64,000 bases of DNA from positions 63,240,001-63,304,000 of the forward strand of contig NC_042998.1 in assembly GCF_006345805.1 (NCBI RefSeq), given 5' to 3'. Under the pieces are notes generated by a model. The model ran no database searches. It was not told where the DNA came from and saw nothing but the letters and a program-made list of their open reading frames with translations. Shown piece after piece: positions 27,761 through 39,627 of this stretch (its first letter is position 1; the number at the start of each line of letters is the position of its first letter). The position numbers and the translations under genes were made by a program. Source of the DNA: Octopus sinensis. Taxonomy: Eukaryota.

Positions 27761-28476
27761 TTATTTATTTATTTATTTATCTATCTATTTATCTATCTAT
27801 CTATCCCTCTCTCTTTCTCTATCTATGCATTATATAAATATTATGTACGGTTTTTATAAAATTATATAATTCTTCTGCAAGATTAGAATTGCATAATTTG
27901 GTCTGTATGTGACGGAATCGATCTATATACATGTTATGTATTATATAAATATATTTTTCCTACTTATATCCATTTACGACATTTTTAAGCTTCAGCATAC
28001 CCCAACGCCTGTCATATATTACAAAAATACTGATGCTAATTCTGAAATTCAGGAGATTTTGTCTGGATTTGAAGTTTAGATATATTCTGAATTACATTAG
28101 TAATTTTAGATCGCATGTCTTCAATATAACGTGTTTCAGCTGAATAAACCGTAGGTTTTGATGCTCCCATAATAATAGTTCAATTTACAATAATTTACAT
28201 TTTAATCAATAAATAATTATACAAAATGTTTGAATTTATGACAATATAATTGATGCATCATGCTACTAAATGATCTTTCGACGATTAACTCTTAACTCTA
28301 TCATTTATAGAGTTTTAAATTGAATATTGCATAACGACCGTGAAATAAGGTTTAAGAAATGTTTTTAAACTCTCTCTCTCTCTCTATCTCACTCTCTCTC
28401 TCTCTCACACACACACATACACACACACTCATGTGTTTATAACTAAATTAGTTATATATATATGTATAATACATAA

Positions 28477-28516
28477 GGCGCAGGAGTGGCTGTGTGGTAA
28501 GTAGCTTGCTTACCAA
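28477..28516 (+). mobile_element. SINE-A head, split by ORF1-only element 2 (resumes ~30781-30810, degraded)
   Basis: ggcgcaggagtggctgtgtggtaagtagcttgcttaccaa; resumes as aagtagcttgctcatcaatcatatagt. Confidence 0.85.
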
Positions 28517-30780
28517 GTAGCCTGCATACTTCCCATGAGTATTTGTTATCAGAGTGCGCATGTGTCAGTGTGTTGTGCACTGAAGAAGTTAGCCAGCAGC
28601 ATTTAGCCTGCCAAAAGAGGCTACTGCAAGGTAAGACTTTTCTCTTGGACCCGGTGAGAGTCGTTGTCTGTGCTTTTATGTTTTACAAGCAAGAAATCCT
28701 CACTGGATTCGGCATGTTGGTCTACTTACGGTTCAGCAACATGGTCCATAGTAAACGAAAATTTTTTCACATTGTGAGAAGTACATGGTGGGCGTACCTT
28801 TAACCAAAATTTGTTCACTTTTTAACAGTGTATGTTTTTACAACAACAACATTTACCATTATTGAAAAACTCTATTTCAAGTGTTCACATGAAGTGAACA
28901 TTTTTTCTCATTGTGAGAAATATAGTTTGGCAACATTTAGTGTCTATTTTAGTTTGGTGACAAATAGTTTGTATTTTACAACTACGTTGGAAAGCTGTAT
29001 TCATGTGGAGCAGTTCAGGTTCTAATTGGAGTACCATAAGGGCTTGGAGTACCTGAATGCCCAGAAGATTTTTTTGCTGTGTTTTTTGAGCTATTGTTTT
29101 CTTCTTCTATTGTAATTTTTTTATTGAAGTGTTTGCTTTTTCTTCTTCCTTTTTGATTTCTTTGAACTATTGTTTGGGACTTTTTATTTTTTAATTTCAA
29201 ACATGGCAAAGAAATACGGATAACATTGTAGAGTGGGAGATTGTTCCACCTAAGGAGTACCTCAGACAGCAAGAGGAGAGGACGGTGGTGTTGAGAATGT
29301 ATTCGAATGTTCTCAACACCATTGCCGTCTTCGCAAAGCAGATGATTGAGCAGGGGTTGGCAGAGCATCTGCTAACCATTAATTATATCTCTAGGGGAAT
29401 CAAACATGCAACGGTGTCGTTGCTCTTTGACACCCCAGGCGAGGCTCGCAATTTTGCGAGCCAGCCGTTGAGAGTAAAGAGATTTTGTTTCTTCCCACTT
29501 ATTGTGGGACAAAATTGACGAGGGCGTGGGTCTGTGGTTTGCCACCCGAAATTGAACCCCAGTGGATAGAGGATACTATCCGTTGGGGTCTGGGTGGCAG
29601 CGGAACCAGGCTCCTCAATGTGAAAATTATTCCTGTGGCTGATTGGGTTGGGTCAAAAGCTGTTTTGACCATGTGGACCCAATCAGCCATGAATCTGGTT
29701 ATGCCAGATCTTTTCAAAATGCCCGGGTGCAGGTACCCGGTGATTCTTAAGGGTCGCCTCCACTCCAAGTGTTATCGGTGCCTAGACCCTGGCCATATAA
29801 TGAATAACTGTCCTCGGAAGCAAGACCGTGTCCTAGAGCAGTCAGTTGAGACTTCTGTAAAAAAGGGAACGAAGGCGTCTGAGGAGACGGAGGATTCCTG
29901 AGGGAAGAGCCGCAAGAGGAAGAAGGTTAGCAACAATGGTTGCTCACCGAAGGATGAGGGAGGGGAGGTGAATCTCCCGGTCATAGAGGAGACGCACCCT
30001 CCCTCAGTTGAGAGGAAAAAAGAGGAAAAGGTGGAGAAATGGGAAATTGCCGGCATTCTGTGACACAGCACCGGAATGTCCCGGAGCCTTGCCGGTAGGG
30101 TCTGTGCCATCAGCAGGGGAATAGACACCGTTGGGGCAAACTGTGCCCCCAACGGTAAAATTGACTACCTCGAACCCGGAGGAAGAGGAACTATTGGTCT
30201 TCTTCTACAAAGGCGGAGACGTAGAAGATGTGGTTGAAAGGCACCATACGTGAGTACCTTTAGCCTTCAAACAGTATCCCGAATGGCCTCCGCAGATAGC
30301 CGTGGAGATCATAACAGTGTTTGTGGGGTGTAGGCTGCGGGACCTCAATGAGGAATATCACTTGTGGACGTGCGACTCTGGCTCGGATTCCGCATTGGTC
30401 TTGAATGAGGCGTGGGGAAAGGTGGAGTATACGGGCACAAGCGATGACGGGGAGGAATAATGACAAGAGGTTGAAAAGCCTGTGTTACAATGTTTAATGC
30501 TTATTGCATGTTATTATGTTTAAGAGGCTTAACGCCCCAATTCTTAAATGGACTATTAGTCCAAAAATTTGTACAACTGAAGTAAGAGGTTCATAACCAC
30601 ATTTTGTCTTTTTCTGTAGAAAAAAAGAAGAGAATAATGTTTTAGAGAAGCTGAAAATGGGCGGGCATGTTTTTGTCTTCTGCCATTAATATCATCCTTA
30701 TCATTATTAAATTCATCAATGTCTTTGTCCAGCCTGCAAGCTACTCTGCATCATGCCTTTATGTCAATTTTTTAAAAATA
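28517..30780 (+). mobile_element. ORF1-only non-LTR retroelement, copy 2 (L1/Tx1-like), inserted in the SINE-A head with a ~16-18-bp TSD
   Basis: TSD aagtagcttgcttaccaa (28499-28516) / aagtagcttgctcatcaa (30781-30798). ~690-nt leader, one ORF, ~320-nt trailer similar to copy 1. Confidence 0.85.
29203..30460 (+). pseudogene. Frameshifted ORF1 (RRM-like region plus CCHC zinc knuckle) of element 2
   Basis: EWEIVPPKEYLRQQEERTVVLRMYS..., RAWVCGLPPEIEPQWIEDTIR, YPVILKGRLHSKCYRCLDPGHIMNNCP (CX2CX4HX4C) and PEWPPQ...LNEAWGK..DDGEE*. Confidence 0.85.
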
Positions 30781-30891
30781 AAGTAGCTTGCTCATCAATC
30801 ATATAGTCACGGTTTCTTTTATCTCTTTCAGATTAAAGAACATTTTTTTGCTAATAAATATATTTTCAACAACAATATAAAACAAAGAAAG

Positions 30892-31325
30892 GAGGCGAGC
30901 TGGCAGAAACGTTAGCACGCCGGGCGAAATGCTTAGCGGTATGTCGTCTGCCGCTACGTTCTGAGTTCAAATTCCACCGAGGTCAACTTTGCATTTTATA
31001 CTTTCGGGGTCGACTAAATAAGTATCAGTTGCGCACTGGCGTCCATATAATCGACTTAATCCGTTTGTCTGTCCTTGTTTATCTCCACTGTGTAGCCCCT
31101 TGTGGGTAGTGAAGAAATAGGCAACGTTAGCACGCCGGACGTAATGCATAGTGCTATTTCATCTGTCTTTATTGTTCTGAGTTCAAATTCTGCCGAGGTC
31201 GACTTTGCCTTTCATCCTTTCCGGGTCGATAAATTTAGCACCATCTGCGTACTGGGGTTGATCTAATCGACTGGCCCCTCTCTCCCCGCAAATTTCGAGC
31301 CTTGTGCCTAGAGCAGAAAAGAACA
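30892..31325 (+). mobile_element. SINE-B composite: type-2 unit followed by type-1 unit
   Basis: Junction gaagaaataggcaacgttagcacgccgg at ~31111-31138. Confidence 0.85.
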
Positions 31326-32320
31326 AAAAACAAAGACTGGTTGTCGAAGCAGAATGTATATATGTATGTATATATGTATCATTCTCTATCTATCTATCTA
31401 TCTGTCTCTCTGTCTGTCTATCTATCTATATGTCTCTCTGTCTAATTTTTGTAGCTAGGTTGGTATTGAAGCCAAAGAACTTACAAGGGCAAACTGAGAG
31501 TACAAGCTGCAAGTACAAGTATATTTTGTTCCATGGACAGATGAAAATCCTTGAAAAGAACAGCTATGCCAGTCGTTAGAATATAATGCAGTTGTGACTG
31601 AAAGGGACTTAAAGTCTTTAGAAGCATTGAAAGTATGGCCCTACAAACATGCATTGCTAACGAGGCTCGTGTGTCTGTTGATTATGTTTAAGATAAAATT
31701 TGGAAGGAGTGGAGAGGGAAAAACACCTATCTCCGCAGGTAGTTAAGTTTTCTGCCAAGTTTCACTTCAGTAGGACTGTACGAAACGCAGGAACATCAAC
31801 TTTTCTTATACGACTTAGAACAATTCAAAAGCACATAATGCATAGTTGACATGATGTACAGGGTCGCTCATGTCGACCGTGTCAGACAGGCAGACCTGAA
31901 TACAAGATGCAATTTGGCAGCCAATACCATAGTCGAACAGGCTAAGTTGTAAATTTACGCGAACAGGGTTGAAGATCTGTGTAGCGGCAATCAAGATCTG
32001 TGTAGCGGCAACTACCACAGGAAACTTGATTAAAATGTGACCTGTCCAAAAAGAATATATATTTTTAACTGCAATTTAGAACAAAGAAACCTTTGCAATC
32101 TTCGTAGTGTTGTGAATGATAATGACATTCCTAGCGATAACAATCCTGCACAGATGAATCATGAGAGTCGAAGGTCGATGTATACAGTTTTGGAAGGAGA
32201 GGCACTGTGGAACACATCTCTTCATGTCGTAAAAGATGACTTAACTCAAGTGAGATAAAGATGGTGCTATGCCAAGATGCTCACAGTTCTTGCTCATCGA
32301 CTAGGATAACAAAAATAAAA

Positions 32321-32526
32321 CAGTTCTATATATAAGAGATGGGGAATTATGTACCTTATTTACATTATTTACATTTGATGGATATGTGTCCTCCTCTTCT
32401 TTGTTGTTAACACAACGTTTCAGCTGATATACTCTCCAGCCTTCATCAGGTGTCTTGGGGAATTTCGAACGTGCGTTCTCATTCCTAAGGTATTTTTCGA
32501 TGTTATCATCATTATCATCATCATCG

Positions 32527-32561
<35 letters not shown>

Positions 32562-32642
32562 ATTATTATTATTAGTGTTCAGGTCACTGCCTGGAATCGA
32601 ACTGTGAATCTCGGGGTTAGTAGCCCGCGTTCTTAACCATTA
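32321..32642 (-). mobile_element. tRNA-headed short element with trinucleotide middle and hammerhead-like tail (copy 1)
   Basis: Minus strand reads tggttaagaacgcgggctactaacccc..gttcgattcc, then (AAT/AAC/GAT)n, then gacacctgatgaaggctg..cagctgaaacgttgtgtt. Confidence 0.8.
32409..32454 (-). ncRNA. Type I minimal hammerhead-ribozyme-like motif
   Basis: GACAC-CUGAUGA-A-GGCUG(loop)CAGCU-GAAA-CGUU-GUGUU: stem I, intact core, stem II and palindromic AACGUU in place of stem III. Confidence 0.6.
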
Positions 32643-33063
32643 TCAGCAGGGTAAAACCATATTAGCATCAAATTTTGTGGTGAAAGGAGAAAGCTGTTGA
32701 TTGTAGCAAATGAATACACAATTTACTACGTAAGACCCAATCTTGCGATATAGAAGTAGGTCCTGGACAAGATTGCAACTCTTCCCAGTCATCGAAGCAA
32801 CCCTGAGGTCGGATTTCGTTTTAAATTCTGAAAAGGGAAAAACAAAATTCAGGTTGATCTTGCAGTAACCTGTGTAAGAAGATATGATGGAATCTTTGAA
32901 TGGAAGTGCGTTAAGTAGTAGAACGCTTCACCGAATTGGAAGACTAAATGGTGACAAGTATAGATTTTACCTGTAGAAGATGGCTGTAGAGAATTTCCGG
33001 GCAAGTCAGTATGGAAAAATACTTCGACCCATAAGAATAAGAAGTGGAAAGAGAAAAGTGTAT

Positions 33064-33435
33064 CTACATTATTTACATTTGACGGATATTTGTCCTCATC
33101 TTGTTTGTTGTTAACACAACGTTTCGGTTGATATACCTTCCAGACTTTATCTGGTGTCTTGGAGAAATTTCGAACCGGAGTTCTCATTCCTAAGGTATTT
33201 TTGATCTTCTTCTTCTTCTTCTTCTTCTTCTTCTTCTTCTTCTCTTCTTCTCTTCTTCTTCTTCTTCTTTCTTCTTCTTCTTCTTCTCTTCTTCTTCTTC
33301 TTCTCTTCTTCTTCTTCTTCTTCTTCTTCTTTCTTCTTCTTCTCTTCTTCTTCTTCTCTTCTTCTCTTCTCTTCTTCTTCTTCTTCTTCTTCTTCTCTCT
33401 TCTTCTTCTTCTTCTTCTTCTCTTCTTCTTCTTCT

Positions 33436-33466
<31 letters not shown>

Positions 33467-33631
33467 TTATTATTATTATTATATTATTATTATTATTATT
33501 ACCATTATCATTATTATTATTATTGTTATAGCGAAATCAAAGAGAGGTTATCTCCACCACGGGCATATGGCGTAGTGGTTAAGAGCGCGGGTTACTAACC
33601 CCAAGATTCCGAGTTCGATTCCAGCCAGTCA

Positions 33632-33682
<51 letters not shown>

Positions 33683-33855
33683 TAATAATATAGAAAATAC
33701 TTAGGAATGAGAACCCAGGTTCGAAATTCCCCGAAGACACCTGATGAAGCATGGAGGGTGTGTCAGCCGTAACGTGTTAAGAACAAACAAGATGAGGACA
33801 AATATCCGTCAAATGTACATAATGTACATAATTCCTTATCTCTTAAATATAAAAC
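33064..33855 (+). mobile_element. Same tRNA-hammerhead element (33561-33855) preceded by an inverted tail copy (33064-33205) and (CTT)n(TAT)n; 12-bp TSD
   Basis: TSD agaaaagtgtat at 33052-33063 and 33856-33867. A box tggcgtagtgg, B box gagttcgattcc, ctgatga at 33741. Confidence 0.85.
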
Positions 33856-34847
33856 AGAAAAGTGTATGTCGAGAGGCAGCGAAAGAAGACTTTTCATAGT
33901 TATGGAGCAAGAAGCAGAGGACATGATGAATGGGAAGATGATGAGCAGTGACTTGAACACTAACTGCTGACCGAAAAATGGAGAAGTATTTTTAAACCTT
34001 GGTCACATCTTTTAGATGTAACCAGTCTCACACTATTTCATAACCAAAACCTTTCAATAAAACAATAGTTTATCTCCACTGAGAAAACAGACAGAAGCCA
34101 AAAATTTGTATCTATTTCACCTAAATACTTTTAATATTTCAAAATTCAAAATTAGTGCCTGTTACATATTTGTTTCCTTACATAATAATACGCAGTCCAA
34201 CTATTTATAATGAGATAATTTAAGAATTTACATACTTTCTACCATAAATTGAATCCCTCTGAGAGTTCAGAATATTAATGGAAATAATCTACGTATTATT
34301 CTTCGTTGTGCAAATGTAGCAACAGTTTCGATGACGCACTCTGAAATTAGCTATAATAATATATATTATTTCAAACTGAGGTCACAGTTAATTCCTTTGT
34401 ATTCAGTAATTATATGAGATACATCCGATATTTGGTGATAATATATTGGCGAGGTATCTTCACAACACTCGTTCCGCAATTATAGATCTCTGACGTAATT
34501 TAGACAAAGATAATTTTGCATTAATCCTTTTATAACAGAAAAGTGTGCTATAGAATGGTAATTAAGATCAGACTTCCGTGTCTTCATAACTGATGTTAAC
34601 AGTTACAGACTTAAAAGATTATGTTGATTGTACAACAGCATATGTTGAAAACAAGTTAGAGTAGAATTATGCGAACGAGATAATACTTAATTGTTAACAA
34701 ATACATGCGGATTCAGTAATTTTAGATGATTGGAAATGACATGTGGTATTCATATATTTCAATTATTAATCAGTAATGATGTTGCTTACCAATAATAATA
34801 ACAATAACAACGTCATAAGCATTACAATACCATCAGCAACAAGAATA

Positions 34848-35065
34848 ATCCTTTGTTTTCTATAGATACAAGGCCTGATATTTTGCGGTGAGTGTACTAG
34901 CTATTACATCGATTCCAGTGCTCAACTGGGACATATTTCATCGACCCCGAAAGAATGAAAAACAAAGCCAGCGTCGGCAGAATTTGAACTCAGACCGTAA
35001 AGACGAATGAAATGGCGTAAATATTTTGTCTGAGGAGATAATAATTCTGCTGGCTCCCTGACTTA
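34848..35065 (-). mobile_element. SINE-B, degenerate
   Basis: Reverse complement of the Nin-like core: atcgaccccgaaagaatgaaa...gaatttgaactcaga. Confidence 0.75.
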
Positions 35066-35069
35066 ATAA

Positions 35070-35845
35070 TGATGGGGACTCGTTGTCTCCTTTGATATTT
35101 GTCTTATGTTTGATCCCACCTCAGTTTAGTATTAATGAAAACAAAGGCAGGTTATCAGTTCAGAAATTATAATGGAAAGATTAACTATCCATTTGCTTTA
35201 TATGGATTATTTGAAGCCTTTAAGTAAGAATGAAAAAGAGATAAATTCCTTAATATACATTGTAAGACTCATGAAATTTGGCATAGATAAGTGTGCAATT
35301 TTAGTAATGAGAAGAGTCAAGTCGTCAACAGCGAAAGCATCCAATTACCAGGTGGCCAGACATTAAAATCATTGAAAGGAAGAGAGTTATAAGTATGTAG
35401 GAGTATTAGTATCTGACAGATTATTAACTACAGAAACGTAAACGAAGATTGAGAAGGAGTACATCAGAAGTGTAAGGAAGCTAATGAAGTCAAAGCTAAA
35501 TGGTCCGAATCTAGTGAAGGCTGTAAATACTTGGGCAGCTTTCGTGGATTTGACAAAAACTGAAATAGCAGAGCTAGACAGAAGAACTAGGAAAGAATTC
35601 AATATGAATGGAGGATCCCACCCAAGGGCAGGGTTAGCAAGATTATACACCTACCTAGAAAGGAAGGCAGAAGACGTTTAATATCAGTAGAAGACTGCAT
35701 GGAGTTAGCTAGAGTAGATATAGACTCCTATGTAGGTAATAGTGAACAAATTTTATTAACAGCTGCTAAAGTCACAGCAAGGCATAGGGAAACCCGAAAA
35801 CTAAACGAAGTTGAAAACCAGAAAAAGATCAGAAATTATCTGATG
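35070..35845 (+). mobile_element. R4/Dong-like non-LTR retrotransposon RT fragment
   Basis: GDSLSPLIFVLCLIP, HLLYMDYLK, MKFGIDKCA, SYKYVGV, LMKSKLNGPNLVKAVNTWA, LDRRTRK and HPRA..RLY. Multiple frameshifts. Confidence 0.8.
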
Positions 35846-35847
35846 GG

Positions 35848-36022
<175 letters not shown>

Positions 36023-36024
36023 TA

Positions 36025-36230
36025 AGGTGGCAAGCTGGGAGAATCATTAGCATGTTGGACGAAATGCTTAGCGGTATTTCGCCCGTCTTCACGTTCGGAA
36101 TTCAAAATCCGCCGAGTTCGACTTTACCTTTCACCCTTTCAGTGTTGATAAATTAAGTACCAGTTGAGTACTGGAGACGATGTAGCCGGCTTAAGCCTTC
36201 CCCGAAAATTATTGTCCTTGTGGCAAAATT
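36025..36230 (+). mobile_element. SINE-B monomer
   Basis: Head ggtggcaagctgggagaatcattagc plus the Nin-like core. Confidence 0.8.
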
Positions 36231-36234
36231 TGCA

Positions 36235-36760
36235 TGCCATCAAAGTGACACTGGAGTAAAATATACGAAGCCAAGTATACCCACCATGACTACCTGTCTG
36301 ATAAGGGTACACCAGGCACATACATCAATATATGTGCTCGACATGGTGATCTCATATCAAGATAAACAGCGCATGACTTTGCAGGTAAGGTCCGGTTAGA
36401 ATTTTCTTCAGGTCGAGTATCCCATCCCGCTCAAAAGGTCCCTGAATAAGAGTTGTTTAAGGATGTTGAACGAAACTCCCCTTGTTTCCAAAAGTGAATT
36501 ATCCAAACAGCAAAGAATCCCTCTCAACACATTGCTTTCATGCTCCCTCACTACTTCTGCTCGTGATCAGAGGAGCACATATCGTCAGTTACCGAGGGAC
36601 GTGCTCAATTGGTTAAGGTCAAACAACTGACAAGAAAATCTGTGTTATTGAGCAGAATATTTGCTGCAGCCCATCTTTTATACCAAAGACAACACAATGT
36701 ACATGATAACATTTCCAATCAGTTGAGATGAAAATCCATGAAAGCCAATGCCTGGTAGAC
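36235..36760 (+). repeat. Probable interspersed repeat, class not determined
   Basis: GC-richer non-coding block between SINEs that resembles an octopus repeat from memory. Single copy in this window. Confidence 0.35.
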
Positions 36761-36884
36761 ACATGTGGGCACAAAGATAAATACATACATACATACTTAC
36801 ATAGATATCCGACTGGGTGTGTGTGTGTGCGTGCGAGGCGCATGTACGGCGATGATTCGAGAGTTTCGAATGAATCAACACTAA

Positions 36885-37412
36885 CTACTTATTTTGTTAG
36901 ATCTAGTACTTCTTCTATCGGTTACTTTGGTCGAACAGCTGAGCCAAGGGGACGTAAAGTTATCCTTTTCTACTCTAGGCACAGAGCCCGAAATTTTGGG
37001 GAAGGGGCCACTCGATTAGATCGAACCTGACACGCAACTGGTACTTATTTTTTCGACCTCGGAAGAATGAAAGGCAAAATCGACCTCGACGGAATTTGAA
37101 CTCAGAAAGTAAAAACAGACGAAATACAGCTAAGCATTTCACCCGACGTGCTAACATTTCTGCCACAACAACATCGCTCATCAAGCGGTGATGGCATGAC
37201 AAATACAGAACCAAAGACTTCCACACACACAAGCTCACACATATTCCTATACTATAGTGCAGTTTCAGTTTCCGTCAACCGAATCCACTCACAAGGTTTT
37301 GGTAAGTCTGAGACTATAGCATGAAACATTTGCCCAAGTTGTCAGGCAGTGAGACTGAACGCAAAACCTTGTGACTGGGAAGCAAACTTCTTCCGCACAG
37401 CCAAGTCTGCAC
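36885..37412 (-). mobile_element. SINE-A with a SINE-B (36960-37167, minus) nested inside
   Basis: SINE-A tail (ctagtactt..ggggacgtaa) and head (37260-37412) are separated by a SINE-B type-1 copy. Confidence 0.75.
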
Positions 37413-37601
37413 TTGTAATCGATATTAAAACCATAGACACTAGTATGTCATTACTGAAGGTAAATTAGAATTTTAACCCAACAGTGTTAGTTTCAAGTTA
37501 TCCATAAAGAGTAAGTCGTCAATTAAACTTCAATACATTTTACATGCTATTTTACTGCGACGAAGATTAAGATATTGCAGTGCTCTAAAATCCCCTATTT
37601 A

Positions 37602-37769
37602 TCTTTTCTACTCTAGGGGCAAGGCCAGAAATTTTTTTATAGGTGGGCAAAGGCAAAGACAAAGGCAAAGTCGACTTCGGCATAATTTGAACTCAGAGCG
37701 CATAGACAGACGAAATACCTCTAAGCATTTCGCCCAGCATGATAACGTTTCTACCAGCTCGCTGCCTTA
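37602..37769 (-). mobile_element. SINE-B, internally deleted, ~15-bp TSD
   Basis: Flanks aaaatcccctattta / aaaatcccctactta. Confidence 0.8.
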
Positions 37770-38209
37770 AAAATCCCCTACTTATAGAAATACAATGAAA
37801 TTTGCTGTGTTACTAGCCTTGAATATTGTGACTAATCCTCATGCTCAATAACGCCAAATCACCAATATGATCGATAATATATAGATTCTGTAGATCTAGT
37901 TAACAGGAAGAGCATGTCTACGTTAAAGGAGAGCTTCATAACACTCTAAAGCTGTTTCTGCTTCGCATCAATTATGTGGAAAGCTGATTTACAGACATGT
38001 CCAATATTCCATTGATATCAATATGTTAACATCGCATTGAATGTTAATCATTATTATAGTATTGAATATTATGATATAATATGCCTAGCTAGAAATTTGA
38101 AAAACCTTCACAAACTCTGGTTGCGGCTGTGGATTTGAAGAGCTACATTATTAAGTGTTAGATTTACATCCATAATTACGCTATCCATAAATATCGGATG
38201 TTGAACAAT

Positions 38210-38638
38210 TATTCTTTTCTTCTCTAGGTGCAAGGACCGAACTTTTTGTGGGAGGGGGCAGTCGATTAGATCGAGCTCAGTACGCAACTGGTACTTAATT
38301 TATCGACCCCAAGAGGATGAAAGCCAAAGTCGACCTCGGTGGAAGTTGAAATCAGAGCATAAAGACAGACGAAATACCGCTAAGCATTTCGTCCGGCTTG
38401 CTAACGTTTCTTATCTCTTTATTGCAAGGGGTTAAACATAGAGGGGACAAACAAGGACAGAAAAGGGATTAGGTCGATTACATCGACCTCAGAGTGTAAC
38501 TGGTATTTAATTTATCGACCCCGAAAGGATGAAAGGCAAAGTCGACCTCGGCGGAACTTAAACTCAGAACGTAACGGGAGACGAAATACCGCTAAGCACT
38601 TCACCTGGCGTGCTAACGTTTCTGCCAGCTCGCCGCCT
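38210..38638 (-). mobile_element. SINE-B composite: type-2 unit followed by type-1 unit
   Basis: Minus-strand junction gcaataaagagataagaaacgttagc at ~38400-38425. Confidence 0.85.
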
Positions 38639-39253
38639 TGCCTTTTGAACAATTATTGCTGTATGGAAAGGTTTTTATTTGTCTTAGAGAATTATACGTT
38701 CTCGACTACAACATATTGTCTAATATTTACATGTGTAAAAATTTAAATAACTGTTGCGCTATTTCTTCTCTGAAATATTTTAATGCAGTGATATGCAAAA
38801 GTAAAAATAATAAAACCAGCGATGGAACAGAGATGCATGAATAAATATGACTAAATTTTCTATAGTAAATAATTCACATGAAAGCTTTCTTTGATATGCG
38901 TGATATATAAGCATGAGGACTAAATGTTAGTAGCTTATTAGTATGGTGCTTTGTAGTTTTAGTTATTTTTCTTTCTCAAAGATATTAACGATTGAAGTTC
39001 ATGCACCAAAAGCATTTCTTTTATAAAAATAATTATTTAATGCTGGATTAAAGTTCTTGTTTGATTTTGCTTGGAGGGGAATGACTTTTGCTGCTTTGCC
39101 GTGCTATAAATTAACTTTAAAGAGAAGAAAATTTGAAATTTATAATTACTGCATCAACTGCATTTGTTTTGCATAAATTTACATATATTTATTATTAGAT
39201 TTTAGTATATGTATATAAATTCACCAATAATTTCGTATATTATTTTACTAATA

Positions 39254-39587
39254 CGTGATCTGATCAATAAGTATCCGGACTGTTGGCATAATAACGAAGC
39301 TAAACCATGCAGAGTAAAATCGCTTTTCACAGATACGCTTTGCACTGTGTTGTGCATACAGTTTAACTCTTTTACTCATTTATTTGTTTCGGTTATTTGA
39401 CTGCGGCCATACTGGGGCACCGCTTTTAGCTGAACAAATCGTCTCCAAAACTTATTCTTTGCAAGCCTAGAACTTAGTCTATCGGTTTCTTTTGCCGAAC
39501 CGCTAGGTTACAGGGACGTAGACACACAAACATCAATTGTCAAGCGGCGGTGGATGGACACACACAGACACAAACATATACATACAT

Positions 39588-39627
<40 letters not shown>

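Noticed and set aside
33159-33575. Poly-F/L/S/I ORF; likewise 35699-36092
   Set aside because: Read-through of (CTT)n(TAT)n tracts.
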